Positions 1 through 11,121 of a stretch of DNA of 64,000 nt are shown piece after piece (position 1 is the first letter of the stretch; every line of letters begins with the position of its first letter). Source of the DNA: Spizellomyces punctatus DAOM BR117 (lineage: Eukaryota); assembly GCA_000182565.2 (NCBI GenBank), contig KQ257471.1. One strand, written 5' to 3'. The translations under genes and the position numbers were made by a program. The notes under the pieces are model-generated. The model saw only the letters and a list, made by a program, of their open reading frames with translations, ran no database searches and was not told the origin of the DNA.

Positions 1-46
1 TAATGCAAGCATTTCAATGCACACCACTTGGTCAGATAGCACGTAC

Positions 47-1452
47 TCTTTCCACAATCTGGGTAAGGACACTGGTACAAGGTTTGTCGCTGCGTTTTGA
101 CTGCCATCTGCGACGGCTTTGGTAATGGCGGCATGTCTGGGTTGGGAGGTACCGGCGACCCTCGTCGCTCGGGTGGCGGCGACGGTACCTCGAGTTCCTC
201 TCGCTTGACTTGTTCCTGTAAAAGGGACGATGACGAGGGCGTCGTCGATAGAGTGGTCGACGTAGTCTTCGAGGAAAGGATGTAACCGGCTTCAGATGAT
301 GGATCATACTGATCCGGAGGTGTAGGGTGGCCCAATAAGACAGACTGCCCAAATTGCTGTTGCAACAGAGTGGTTCGTTGATCGGTTTGAGGAAACTGGG
401 GTGATACGCCTTGCTCGTACTTTTGAAATTCCGACATTAGGTCATCAAACGAGATTGATCGATGAAGATCAGTTTGGGCCACTGGATTTTCTTCCACATT
501 TCCAAACATCGAGTCTGACCCCAACCCTGTCCCATTGTAATCCAGAAACTGTGTAATAGCAGTAGCAGGAAGCTCGATATTATTGGGGGTTGGATATGGT
601 GATATTGAGTACGCCGAATGAGGTGAGTAGGAAGGACCCGGGGCGGGCGATGTGGAAGGGGATGGAATTGCGTGAATCATAGGAGATGTCAATTGGACGA
701 TATTCGTAAACCTGTACCAAATTTGGTAAGTACCATCATCTTGCTACTTCTAGCAAGTCCTTAACTTACTGCGGATCATACTGCGATGGAGTCAAATAAC
801 CATCGTCGCTTGCATCGTCACCTAGTGTCAAATCTTCGAACCCGCTTAAAGAACTTGCACTGGAACGTCTCGATTGTCGGGAAGGAACTTCCAGAAAAGG
901 CGCACTCAAATTGATGCTTGGATACTGCTGGTGTCCAAAATCGACAGGTCCCATGAACGGCGATGGCGCACCAGAAGAAACCGAAATGGAGTCGTTATCC
1001 GATTCGCTGTACACTGACGACCTCTCCTCGCGATCATGCCACTGGGGGTACTGATATGATGTGTTCTCAAAGTTCACCGTGAGTTGTGGTACAGAGGCAT
1101 AGAGACCGTTCTCTGGTGAGGAAGGATATTTGTTTTGGCCTAATGCTGGCATGGATCCGAAGAGGGGCGTACCCATGCCGTTTGTGTCCGAATCGGAAAG
1201 CACTACCTGAGGCGTCGGCGTCACCATTGTGATATCAGAGCCCATATCTGCATATGCTATTTCGCTTTCTTCCGAACCAAGAATTGCCGCCAGAGCTTGG
1301 TCCAGGCTCTCGGAAGTGAGTTGGTGTGGTTGTTGCTCCTGTCGTTGTTGAGGGGAGCTCTTCAACATATCTTGTGCATACTGGAAGTCTTGAGGCTCAT
1401 CCGCTTGTTCGGGTGGAAGTCCATACACATCATTGCGTGAAGAGGTCATCAT
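47..1452 (-). CDS. C2H2 zinc-finger transcription factor, Crz1-like, 3' partial (continues off the left edge)
   Basis: Exon 1452-770, intron 769-712 (GTAAGT..CAG), open exon 711-47 rich in Ser/Pro ending QRQTLYQCPYPDCGK (first half of a C2H2 finger), then a GTACGT donor at 46. Confidence 0.75.
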
Positions 1453-2074
1453 ATCTTACGGAATGAACTGCGACGGAATGAGCAAGTAGCCGGCTAGATT
1501 GTTTTATGTGCGGTTGATACGAGACCACTAAGAGGATAGCCAAACCGCATCAGTTTTCACGCCATTTCTATGGGGTATTGTCAATCTTTCGTCTTCCTTA
1601 CCTTTAAAGGTTAGCGGCAAGTGCTTTCCTGCGTACGGTGTGAACCAGATTCAGCTTCCTCCGCCAAAACCGCTGTCCGCTCACATTACCCCGGAGCTGT
1701 TTCACCAAGAGACATATCACGTGAATAATCATGTGCTGATTATGCAATGTCGGACTTTCAGGCGGATGTTCTACGGATACGATCCTTTGAACTGCCTGGA
1801 TCAATCCAACCTGAGCCGTGTGGCCGGGTGTATATGGAATGGGCATGAGCCTGGATAGAATATTTTAAGTAACTGGATATTTTAAATAGCTCACGTATGA
1901 ACATATTATCGGTTGATTTGCCACCCATCGAAATACCATGGCCGAATTTTGTTGGTATAATGCGGTATCCACGGATATTTGTAATCCGCAACTCTTGTTG
2001 CTATAGATGGACGGGCTTGGGCTTAAAGCAGAAACGCTTCAATTTTCGGAAGGTCGTCACCAATCCAACCTGCC

Positions 2075-2836
2075 ATGGACTTCACACCAGAGCACTTCCG
2101 AATGTCAGGAGACCTCTCGAAACCCGTCCTCAAAAGCCGTGAAGTAAGCACAAATCAGAATGGCGCTGTATTCACTACCAATTACTCGAGTGGGAAAGTG
2201 GGCGCTTTAGCATTATTCGGAATCATCGCCGCAGCAGGTGTTGCCCTCGTTATTGGCTTCTTCATTGGAAGGAGATTTTATCGACATCTCTCCCGAAAGC
2301 GACGACTACGTAAACTAGGATTAAACGCACCACCTGAAATGACTCTTACCCCCGCCACACCACTGACACGTTCAATGGCCTCCCTTCGATGGATACTTCC
2401 TAAGCAGAAGAAGGACGCCAACAGGTTATCCGTTGTGATTGTCAAGCGATCGCAAGTGATCGAGGTTGGTGTGATTGGAGCTGACGATGAGGATCGGGTT
2501 GCGATGGGAAGCTTAGAAGACTTGAATGCGGGATGTCCAATGCATAACTTGCCAGGTGTTGGAGCGGAGAATACTCACGAGAATCACGAGAATCATGACA
2601 CAACAGGTGGATCTACCTCACTACCCGACGACTTCGCAAATTCTTCACATTTGAATCCTGAAGTCTCCTCACAACCGGAACCGGAATACCCACCACCAGT
2701 CTACATTGATGTTAATCTTCCCCCCATGATTCTTGAATTTCAGTTCGAATCTCCGAGAAGTAGTCATTCAATACAGAGTGTAGAAGCGAGGGATTCTGGA
2801 AAGGTCTTGGATGGTCTTGAGTGGAAGAAAGATTGA
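2075..2836 (+). CDS. Hypothetical single-pass membrane protein
   Basis: 253-aa ORF with a hydrophobic segment (VGALALFGIIAAAGVALVIGFFIG) followed by a basic stop-transfer cluster and a low-complexity tail with YPPPVY. Confidence 0.6.
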   Translation: MDFTPEHFRMSGDLSKPVLKSREVSTNQNGAVFTTNYSSGKVGALALFGIIAAAGVALVIGFFIGRRFYRHLSRKRRLRKLGLNAPPEMTLTPATPLTRSMASLRWILPKQKKDANRLSVVIVKRSQVIEVGVIGADDEDRVAMGSLEDLNAGCPMHNLPGVGAENTHENHENHDTTGGSTSLPDDFANSSHLNPEVSSQPEPEYPPPVYIDVNLPPMILEFQFESPRSSHSIQSVEARDSGKVLDGLEWKKD

Positions 2837-3682
2837 TGGTGAATGTATGTGAGATATATTTATTTAAGATAAATTGTATAGAGCTAATGATTTGGTCAAA
2901 CACGACATCCGCGATACTGGGAAGTAAAAGGTATCCTCAGATATGGTTGTTAATATCGCAAGATGCATGAAAAAATTTCAGTTCTCGCATCACATCGCTG
3001 CCCCAATCACCCGGCCTATAATAAAAAGTCGGTCGACGTGTGGGTGCCTTGCCTAGCATCAATGCCAACTTTCTTAGTACCACAACTTCCGCATTCCTAG
3101 CCCACACCTATAATCTTACTTACGTTGACGACCACATATACCACACGCAATACACCAGCGTGGATTAAATCACTTGGGTCTGCCGGCAAGCAGCCGGACA
3201 AGATAAATAACTAATACGAGGCCTGATTGCATATGTGATAGTACGTCACGATTGGTCTAACCGGTAACTAGTGCCCACCACCATGAAATAAATCTTAACA
3301 GGACATGGTTCCGATCGAGGATGTGGATATTAGTAAACCGTAATTAGATTGGGTAAGCATGGAAAATTACCAGTACAGTAGTAGTAGGCGTTGCAAGATC
3401 CTTTTTTGTGCCTAGTCATTGTCAGGAGAGCGAGGTCCTCAGCCTCGGATCAATCATGCTTCTCATCATTGCTTGAGAGCTGAGGACGCGGAGAGTCGCT
3501 GGGACAAAACAGCAAGAGGGGGGAGAGGGGAAGAAGGCGGTATACATAGAAAAGCGAGTGCAACTGCAGCCAGGCATCAGATGGCCGCAAGCGGACCCGT
3601 TTTCTAAAGAAGACCTCACATTTGTGTTTTCCTACACACTACGTATCTTGAGGCTCCGCTTAGTCAGCCTCGCGATTGCCTT

Positions 3683-3695
3683 GTTGCCATGGGAC
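3683..3695. promoter_or_regulatory. Possible RFX X-box
   Basis: GTTGCCATGGGAC: a perfect GTTGCC/GGCAAC half-site plus a degenerate second half, about 80 bp upstream of the Grx ATG. Confidence 0.35.
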
Positions 3696-3770
3696 GACAG
3701 ATGACGATCACTTTACCACTGACAAATCTATCTCAATAACCCTAAGCAACATTCTGCGACGCTGAGAGCA

Positions 3771-5333
3771 ATGTCGAAGCATAACGTCAACGGTGCGTGG
3801 GTATTGTTTGTACGAAATATCACACTTGCTTACTTGAACATATTGTAGAGGTAACGTCCGACGAACATTTCCAGCAGCTACTGAAGGACCGATCTGTGGT
3901 GGCCCTCAACTTCTGGGCATCATGGAATGAACCTTGTAAAGATATGAACGAGGTGTTTGAGGAGTTATCTAGGAAGTATCCTGCTGTGCAATTTGTCCAG
4001 GTGTGCAGTTGGCTGCCTTTTGTCTTGCCGCAAGTTGAAGAATTCTCTAACCGTTGCATGTGAATCCACAGCTGGAAGCAGAGAATTATCCCGACATATC
4101 TGAACACTACGAAATCGCAGCCGTACCAACCTTCATAATACTCAAAGATGGCAAAACCGTCAACAGAGTTGAAGGCGCAAACGCCCCTGCTCTGACCTCA
4201 GGAATTGAGAAATTTGCCAAAGTTGCAGCCGCCGCTGCTACCTCGGCCTCAGTCTCATCGGCGCTCCCTGTTGAACGAAAGAAGGATTTGCAGTCTCGGT
4301 TGAAGGAGCTTGTCAGTTCACACCCGGTCATGATATTTATCAAGGGAACCCCGCAACAGCCTCGATGCGGTTTCTCGCGGCAGTCTGTTGAACTTCTCTC
4401 TGAGGTGGGCGTCAAGTACGGGTCGTTCAACATTTTAGCAGATGAGGAAGTGCGCCAAGGTAGGAAAGTAACGTAAGATTTGAGGAGGATAGTTAAGTAA
4501 TTTGTACTGTTACCCGAATTCAGGACTGAAGGAGTACAGTAATTGGCCAACTTTCCCACAAAGTAAGTTGTAACTGCGATGTTCTTGACGGCTGTTGATC
4601 TGACCTGCTTGCTGTCAGTATATGTAAATGGCGAGTTGATCGGTGGATTGGATATTTTAAAGGAAATGGTAAGCATGAAACAAGAGGACACAAACGAACG
4701 GAACTAATTTTTGCAATAACTGTCCAGATTGAGTCTGGTGAATTTCAAAAACTGGTTCCCGCTGAAGAGGATCTCGAATCACGATTAAAGAAACTGTAAG
4801 GTTCAGATACGTGTGGTCGCTAATTAAGTATTAATTACTCATACTGTGATTTTAGTATCAACCAAGCCCCGGTCATGGTGAGATAGGGTTAAATATCACC
4901 TTTCGCGACGTTTGTCCATCTGGATAACCTCTATCTGAATTTTCAGCTATTCATGAAGGGTTCACCCGACACACCTAGATGTGGATTCTCGCGACAGGTA
5001 TGATTACGCCCCCCGTTTTCACCAGGTAGTCACCGCACTTACGCTCATCTATTGTACGCGGTCTTAGATAACACAATTGTTGAAGGATCAAGGTATTGAC
5101 TACCAGACTTTTGACATATTGGAAGATGAAGAAGTCCGGCAAGGGTTGAAGGTACATTCGGAACCCCCACGTGCTGTCTTGCGCAGTTCCTAATGCATTG
5201 TTCCATGTAGACATTTTCGTCGTGGCCAACCTATCCTCAACTCTATGTTAACGGGGAGTTAGTCGGCGGTCTGGATATCGTGAAGGAAATGGTGGAGTCT
5301 GGGGATTTGAAGGCGATGCTGACTTCCGCATAA
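3771..5333 (+). CDS. GRX3: Multidomain monothiol glutaredoxin (Trx + 2 Grx; Grx3/4/GLRX3/PICOT family)
   Basis: Trx-like domain with [10 protein letters not shown]; two CGFS motifs (about 4366 and 4979); two WPT(F/Y)PQ..VNGELxGG segments; several short GT-AG introns; stop TAA 5331-5333. Confidence 0.92.
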
Positions 5334-5476
5334 TTTGATAGAGAATGTTAACATTATTGTAGAGTGGATATAGTTTGGCGTGTGGTGTACTGAGGTTGAA
5401 ATAATGCATCGCCGTCTTCCTCATTTCTAATTAAGTAGCATATGTACAAAGATATTTATGAAAGTGACAGCAGGTG

Positions 5477-6414
5477 TCATCCAATATTTGTGTTCAGATA
5501 CTCTACAAACCCATCTGCAACCCTTCCCATGTCCAATTGCGTATGCAATTTATTCAGATTCGTATATTGTCGTCTCAGTCTCCGCAACTCGGACAGTGTA
5601 ATCACTCTTGGCGGTAATTTTAAATTAACTTTCGCTTTTGGAACCTTCGTGTCCCCAGTGATACCCTCCTTTTGCGCTGCCAGAATCGTATCCACAATCT
5701 CCTGTGTTGTCCGATCCATTTCGTGGAGGTAATTCGTCTCCGTGAGGGGTTTCACGACGGTTGAAAGGTTAGGCGGTGGTGGACGACGGAGGATAACAGC
5801 TGATGCAATATCTGCTATAGGAAGTGGATCGGATGGTATGAGGGTAAACAGAGGTGCATCCCAGCGGTTTCGTGCGTCAGGTTCCTCGAATCTCGTACAA
5901 AGATCCTGTAGAGTTGTTGTTTCATACGCAGTGGAGGGATCACGGGCAGCGTTCCAGATCTCTGCTGTGGAAGGGGAGACACCGCAATGAATCGAGCAGT
6001 GGGGTGTTCCCAATGCACGAGCAATACAATATAGTTGATATCGGAAGCCTTTGATATAGTTCATTGCATCGCAAATTACAAGGTCTTCTCGTGAAAGGTG
6101 TCGTTCAATGGCAGATATGAGAGCTCCGCGGGCCTTCTTCTCTTCATGTGGGCCTAAACAATCAGACGTACCTTGTTTAGCTAGTTTCTCACGAGGGGAA
6201 ATATCTGTGAACAAAACTTACTCGCATAAGCTTCCCGCTTGTTGATCCTTAGAGATTCATCATTAACGATAATGACTTGTGGTCGGAGAACAATATTTCT
6301 TTCCGCCAGGTTTTGCGCATTGTCACAAATGTACTGTTCTAGTTCGACTTTCAGTTGGTGTGCACGAGTGGTCTTGCCACTGCAGGGAAGACCGCAGAGA
6401 TTGACGAGCGGCAT
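5477..6414 (-). CDS. KTI12: Elongator-associated protein Kti12
   Basis: MPLVNLCGLPCSGKT P-loop, DAMNYIKGFRYQLYC, RFEEPDARNRWDAPL, ELRRLRRQY; one intron about 6221-6154. Confidence 0.95.
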
Positions 6415-6700
6415 AGTGTTGAGGAAGATCTATGAGGAAGAATCAACAGTTTATGATGACCTTTAAGGAAATTTCAATTTCATGGCTGTGCCACTAGGGC
6501 ATGAAGCTTCCACTCGTCACGTTTCATCAACCCCCGGCCTCGGAATTAACGTTGTGGGTCAACGACCGAACCTTCTTGCGTTCCCTGTATCATACTCATT
6601 ACTCTTACTATTCATTTCCACACTCCCTTTGAGGGGAAGTCGGCAACTGCGTTGCGCCTCTTCATGCGCCAGCCGTCATCCGCTGTATAACCAATCTGTC

Positions 6701-7989
6701 ATGAAGAAACACAAGAGCAAGACTTTCCTTGCTGTAGCGACGGCTCTTCTTCATAGTATCATGCTCACACACGCTGAAGCCTTACAAGTCTCCGCAAGCT
6801 CTTCTCACCGTTCTTGCCCTGATTCTTCGACATGTCACTCACCCAGAGCTATGGAAAACACACCTTTGGCTGGCAAAAGGGCCGCTCCTTCGGTGGTCCC
6901 CCCCTTCGCTAATCCGAGCGCCGTGGCTTCTTTGCAAGACAGTGAGCAAGACAAGGAAAGAACAGTTCCTTCTGCAACCGGGCTCCAACTCTGCCAGTGG
7001 CCACCAAATCCAAATACCGTTTATCTTATGCTCTCCAAGTCTTTGCGCATAGACGCTCAGTGCCTGTCTTCCAGGAGCCGCACTAACGCCACGCAAATTG
7101 GAGAGGGAACCTTTGTCATGGTAGATAATTGTAACATTGAAGATCCCGATCAGAGAATCACGTTTACGGATTTGGGCAACCTCGTCTATCATATCAATTT
7201 CCCCGGGAAAGGGCATTGTATTGGTCACGTCAATCGGGTAGTTGGAGAATGGGAACCTGCCCAGCATTTGGCTAATTGCACTGCGAATTCACCCAACTCC
7301 AAGTGGAAAGTGAGCACACTTGAGAATATTGGTAAGTAGCCATTTCTTTGCCTCTATACCTATTAACTAGCACACCTAGCTAATTTGGGTGTCCAGGCTT
7401 CTCTGCCCAGTTGCTCAATGTCGAAAGCAAACCGGATCGGTGCCTTAAAGTACAATATCCTAACGAAGACCGAGGTGCTCGTCCGATGGATGCTGTCGGC
7501 TTCGCTAGTTGCCGTCCCATCAGCGTGAGCACAAGCCAGTTTTGGGCATTACTTTCGACAAATTGCGGTACGCCAAAAGCATCTCCGTTTCCGAGCGTCC
7601 CGTCTCAGGGTCCAAATGGGAGCGCGCAAATACCAGTGTCGTCAAGCGGTCAACCTAAAACTCCCACCGCAACTGTAACAAGCGCTCAGATGCCACAAGG
7701 AACAGAAGTTATTCTGGCAAAGGCTGAAACCACAACAGCGCCCACGGCACGATCCACCCTAGTGGCTCAACCTGGAGTTGGTCGCATGCTTGTTGGATCT
7801 ACGCAAAACTTCCTCATAAACGACCCCATCAGCATCCAAAACAGCAAAACTAATCCGATATCCCTCACGTTAGCGTTGACCTTTCTGGCTGGACCAATTG
7901 TTCTGGTCGGCGTGATGTTTGGAATTGTCGGAGGATCCAAAAGGCTTGCTGAACGGTGGGTAAGAAGCAAGTATGAAGGGAAGTATTGA
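6701..7989 (+). CDS. Type I membrane protein with ricin-B/beta-trefoil-like lectin domain
   Basis: Signal-peptide-like N-terminus, three Cys-pair repeats ending DQRI/NSKW/SQFW, intron about 7332-7396, S/T/P stalk, C-terminal TM helix and short basic tail. Confidence 0.6.
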
Positions 7990-8332
7990 TCGATATATCT
8001 GTTACATTTTATTGTATAGTTTTTTTTTTTTTCTTTGTGAATAGCGTTTGGCTTTTTGTGTAAATAGACCTTTTAACCCAATCATTGATCAGTCCCCCCA
8101 AAATGGGCAAGATTGAATGAGATGTTGAAATTTGCTAGGCACGTGTCTGTTGGGAAACGGCTGCGCGGATGGTCCCCAAAAGAGCTTCTCGAACCTTTTG
8201 ACTTGAGCCTCATTTCGTTTGTCTCATTTTCTGTTCACCAAGTTTATTGCAGCTGTCCCGCTTTATTCTCAAGCTCCTGTGGACAAAACGCTGTTGTGCT
8301 CATTTTTTTGAGTTAACGACTGGTCATTGCGC

Positions 8333-10710
8333 ATGAGCAAACCAAGAGTTGCCGTCATCGGCGCTGGTACGTACCGCCACTATGCACTCGCTTTGGGCTC
8401 GTCCATACTAACGGATTTCTGAAAAACAGGTGCCTCCGGATTGGCTGCCTTAAAGCAATGTCTTGAGGAAAAGCTCGACGTTGTGTGCTTTGATCAGGAG
8501 CCGCAGGTTGGGGGATTGTGGAGATATGTGCCGCACGGTGGCGATGAAACGCATTCCAGTGTTTACATGAGTACCATTATCAATACAAGCAAGGAGTAAG
8601 TGGACGATGATAAGCCCTCCTTTCAGCGTTGGGAAACTCATTTATTCATCTGGCGGTACCTTTCCTTACCTCTTGTGCCCACTTAGAATGGTAGGTACCG
8701 GAAAGGTTTTGTTTGTATGGTCCTTTGCAATATAATAAGGCTTGGGCAACGTCTAGATGTCGTTTTCGGACTTTCCTGCTCCAAAAGATTGGCCAACATT
8801 CTTACCGGTAGGCTCTACCTCTTAAGTTGAGCGCTAATCACAAAGTCTTAACGATCACCGTATTTCAGCACCGATTTGTGGTCAAATACCTCAACCTATA
8901 CTGTGATCACTTTGACTTGCGAAAGCACATCAAATTTAACCGCAAAGTTATTTCTCTGTCACCTGAGATTGGTCCGGAAGGAAGTCACACTGGTCGATGG
9001 GAAGTTGTAACGCAGAAAGTTAGAAGAAAACAACCTGCAGCAGCGATTCCGCAAAATCCCCGACGAACAGCACGAAGTCCCGCCCCGTGTCCCCCGCCAA
9101 CAGGGACCGTCGTTCCCCCAGCAGTCGATGGTCGGCGGGCGCTCTCTCCTGTGCGTGGACGAAGCCCAGCACCGTCGTCAGACAGCCTTGCGGCTCCGCA
9201 GCCATCCCCACGCGGTCGTAGCCGAATGTATTCTCCCATCCGCGAGTATGACCCGTCCGTTGGATACGAGCCGGTGGACAGGTCAGCATCGGTATCGCCA
9301 AGGGAACCGGGTGTCCTTTCGCCGCCTTCATCTCCATCAGGAAGCGATCACAGTAGTCTAAGACCTTTCTCACCGACTCGCCGAAAGCGTCGAGGAAAGA
9401 CCCGATCGCGGTCGCATCAACCAGCCAAGTCAAAGTGCGAGACTTTCGACTACGTCATTGTGGCAACTGGACATCATTGGAAGCCTCGCTTACCTGACTT
9501 TGAGGGGGTGGACACATTTAAAGGCAGCATGATGCATTCACATTCATATAAAGTGTGAGTCTGGGTCTTAAGTTACTGACTGGTGCTTTGTGACTGACTC
9601 GAACTCAATGTATTTTTATTTTTCAGTCCTTACCCTTTCAAGGATCAGCGTGTTCTCATCATAGGCATTGGCAACTCGGGAGCTGACATCGCTACAGAGC
9701 TCTCACATCATGCGAAGCAGGTTATTCTTTCGGCAAGGAGTGGTACATGGATTCTCCCCCGTTTCTCCCTATTTGGTATCCCTTTGGACCATCTCTCATC
9801 CCGCATTGCGCATGCACTTCCACGACCCCTTACCAATTTTGCCTTTGAAACTGCCATGCGACTACAAAATGGTGACCTGGGGCGCTATGGTCTCAAACCT
9901 GACCATCACATTTTTGAAGCACATCCAACTATCAATGGCCACGTCCTCGATCGTATCGCCAGCGGAAAGGTCTTGGTGCGGCCCAACATTGCTAAATTTA
10001 CCGAGGGAAATAAGGTTGAGTTTGAAGATGGAACCAGCGAGACAATTGATACGGTAGTTTACTGCACTGGGTACCGCATTGAGCACCCTTTCCTTGACAA
10101 TGCACTCGCCATTCTGGGTCAAGAACGTACCGATAGCAATCGAGTTCGATTGTACAAGAACGTCTTTCCAATCCGACACCGCAATCTTGCTTTTGTGGGG
10201 CTAGTCCAACCTATTGGAGCAGTGATGCCCGTCTCAGAGATGCAGGCCCGTTGGGTGTCGCGTGTTTTTGCCGGACATTGTAAGCTCCCCGATTCCAAAT
10301 CCCTACGAGACGCGGTCGACCTTGAATGGCAGGAACACACTAAAAGATTCGTTCCGAAAGAGCGTCATACAGTCGAAGTTGAATATGTTACGTACATGGA
10401 TGATCTCGCGGACTTGATAGGATGTAAACCGGATGCATGGAAACTTTTCAAAGCCCGAGATGTGATTCTTGCTGCCCAAATCATGTTTGGACCTGCTGTT
10501 CCGACGCAATATCGGTTGCTAGGGCCTGGGTCTTGGGAAGGGGCGCGACAGGCGATTGCCGATGCGTGTGAGGGATTTGATTTTAGAAAAGTTGTTGGAT
10601 ACAAGGCGGTTGAGAAACTGAGAGAGGAGGGGGGCAAAGAAAATGAAAAAAGCGGGGGGTCGACCAAGGAAAATGGAAATGGAAAAGGCGCAGATAGTCC
10701 GGTGGTGTGA
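8333..10710 (+). CDS. Flavin-containing monooxygenase (FMO family)
   Basis: VAVIGAGASG FAD motif, GGLW, NTSKEMMSFSDFP, FKGSMMHSHSYK (FxGxxxHxxxYK), IIGIGNSGAD NADPH motif, YCTGY, SEMQARW. Confidence 0.93.
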
Positions 10711-11121
10711 TTTATTGTATAATAATGGAACGTTGGTGGATATCGGGATACTCAGGATTTGTACAAGTTTGCATATTCTATTACTTCTTTATTTTTGGAC
10801 TTATAAAAATATATTGCAATACTGCCGATTTGGTGAACGTCCCGGACAACCGTTGATGAATGCTCTGTCTTGCGAGAATTTATCGTCAATTCGAAATTGT
10901 CAACATTTCGATACCAAGTGACTAGTAAACAAATTCATAATGTATGTAATGTAACCAGATTGTCATTTGCATGCAAAGAACAGGACTCACACAAATTCGC
11001 AAGTCTCTATGAAAACGCCCACCATTGCCCCGCACTGTCCCCATCTACCTTCCCACTCTGTAATGACTAAAACAATAATGTCCAACAAATGTTCTGTTAG
11101 AAAAGTCTGTAGCTAACCATT

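Noticed and set aside
3370-3470. In-frame TGA-CAA-TGA as possible selenocysteine or readthrough
   Set aside because: No similarity to a known selenoprotein, and the hairpin lacks SECIS geometry.
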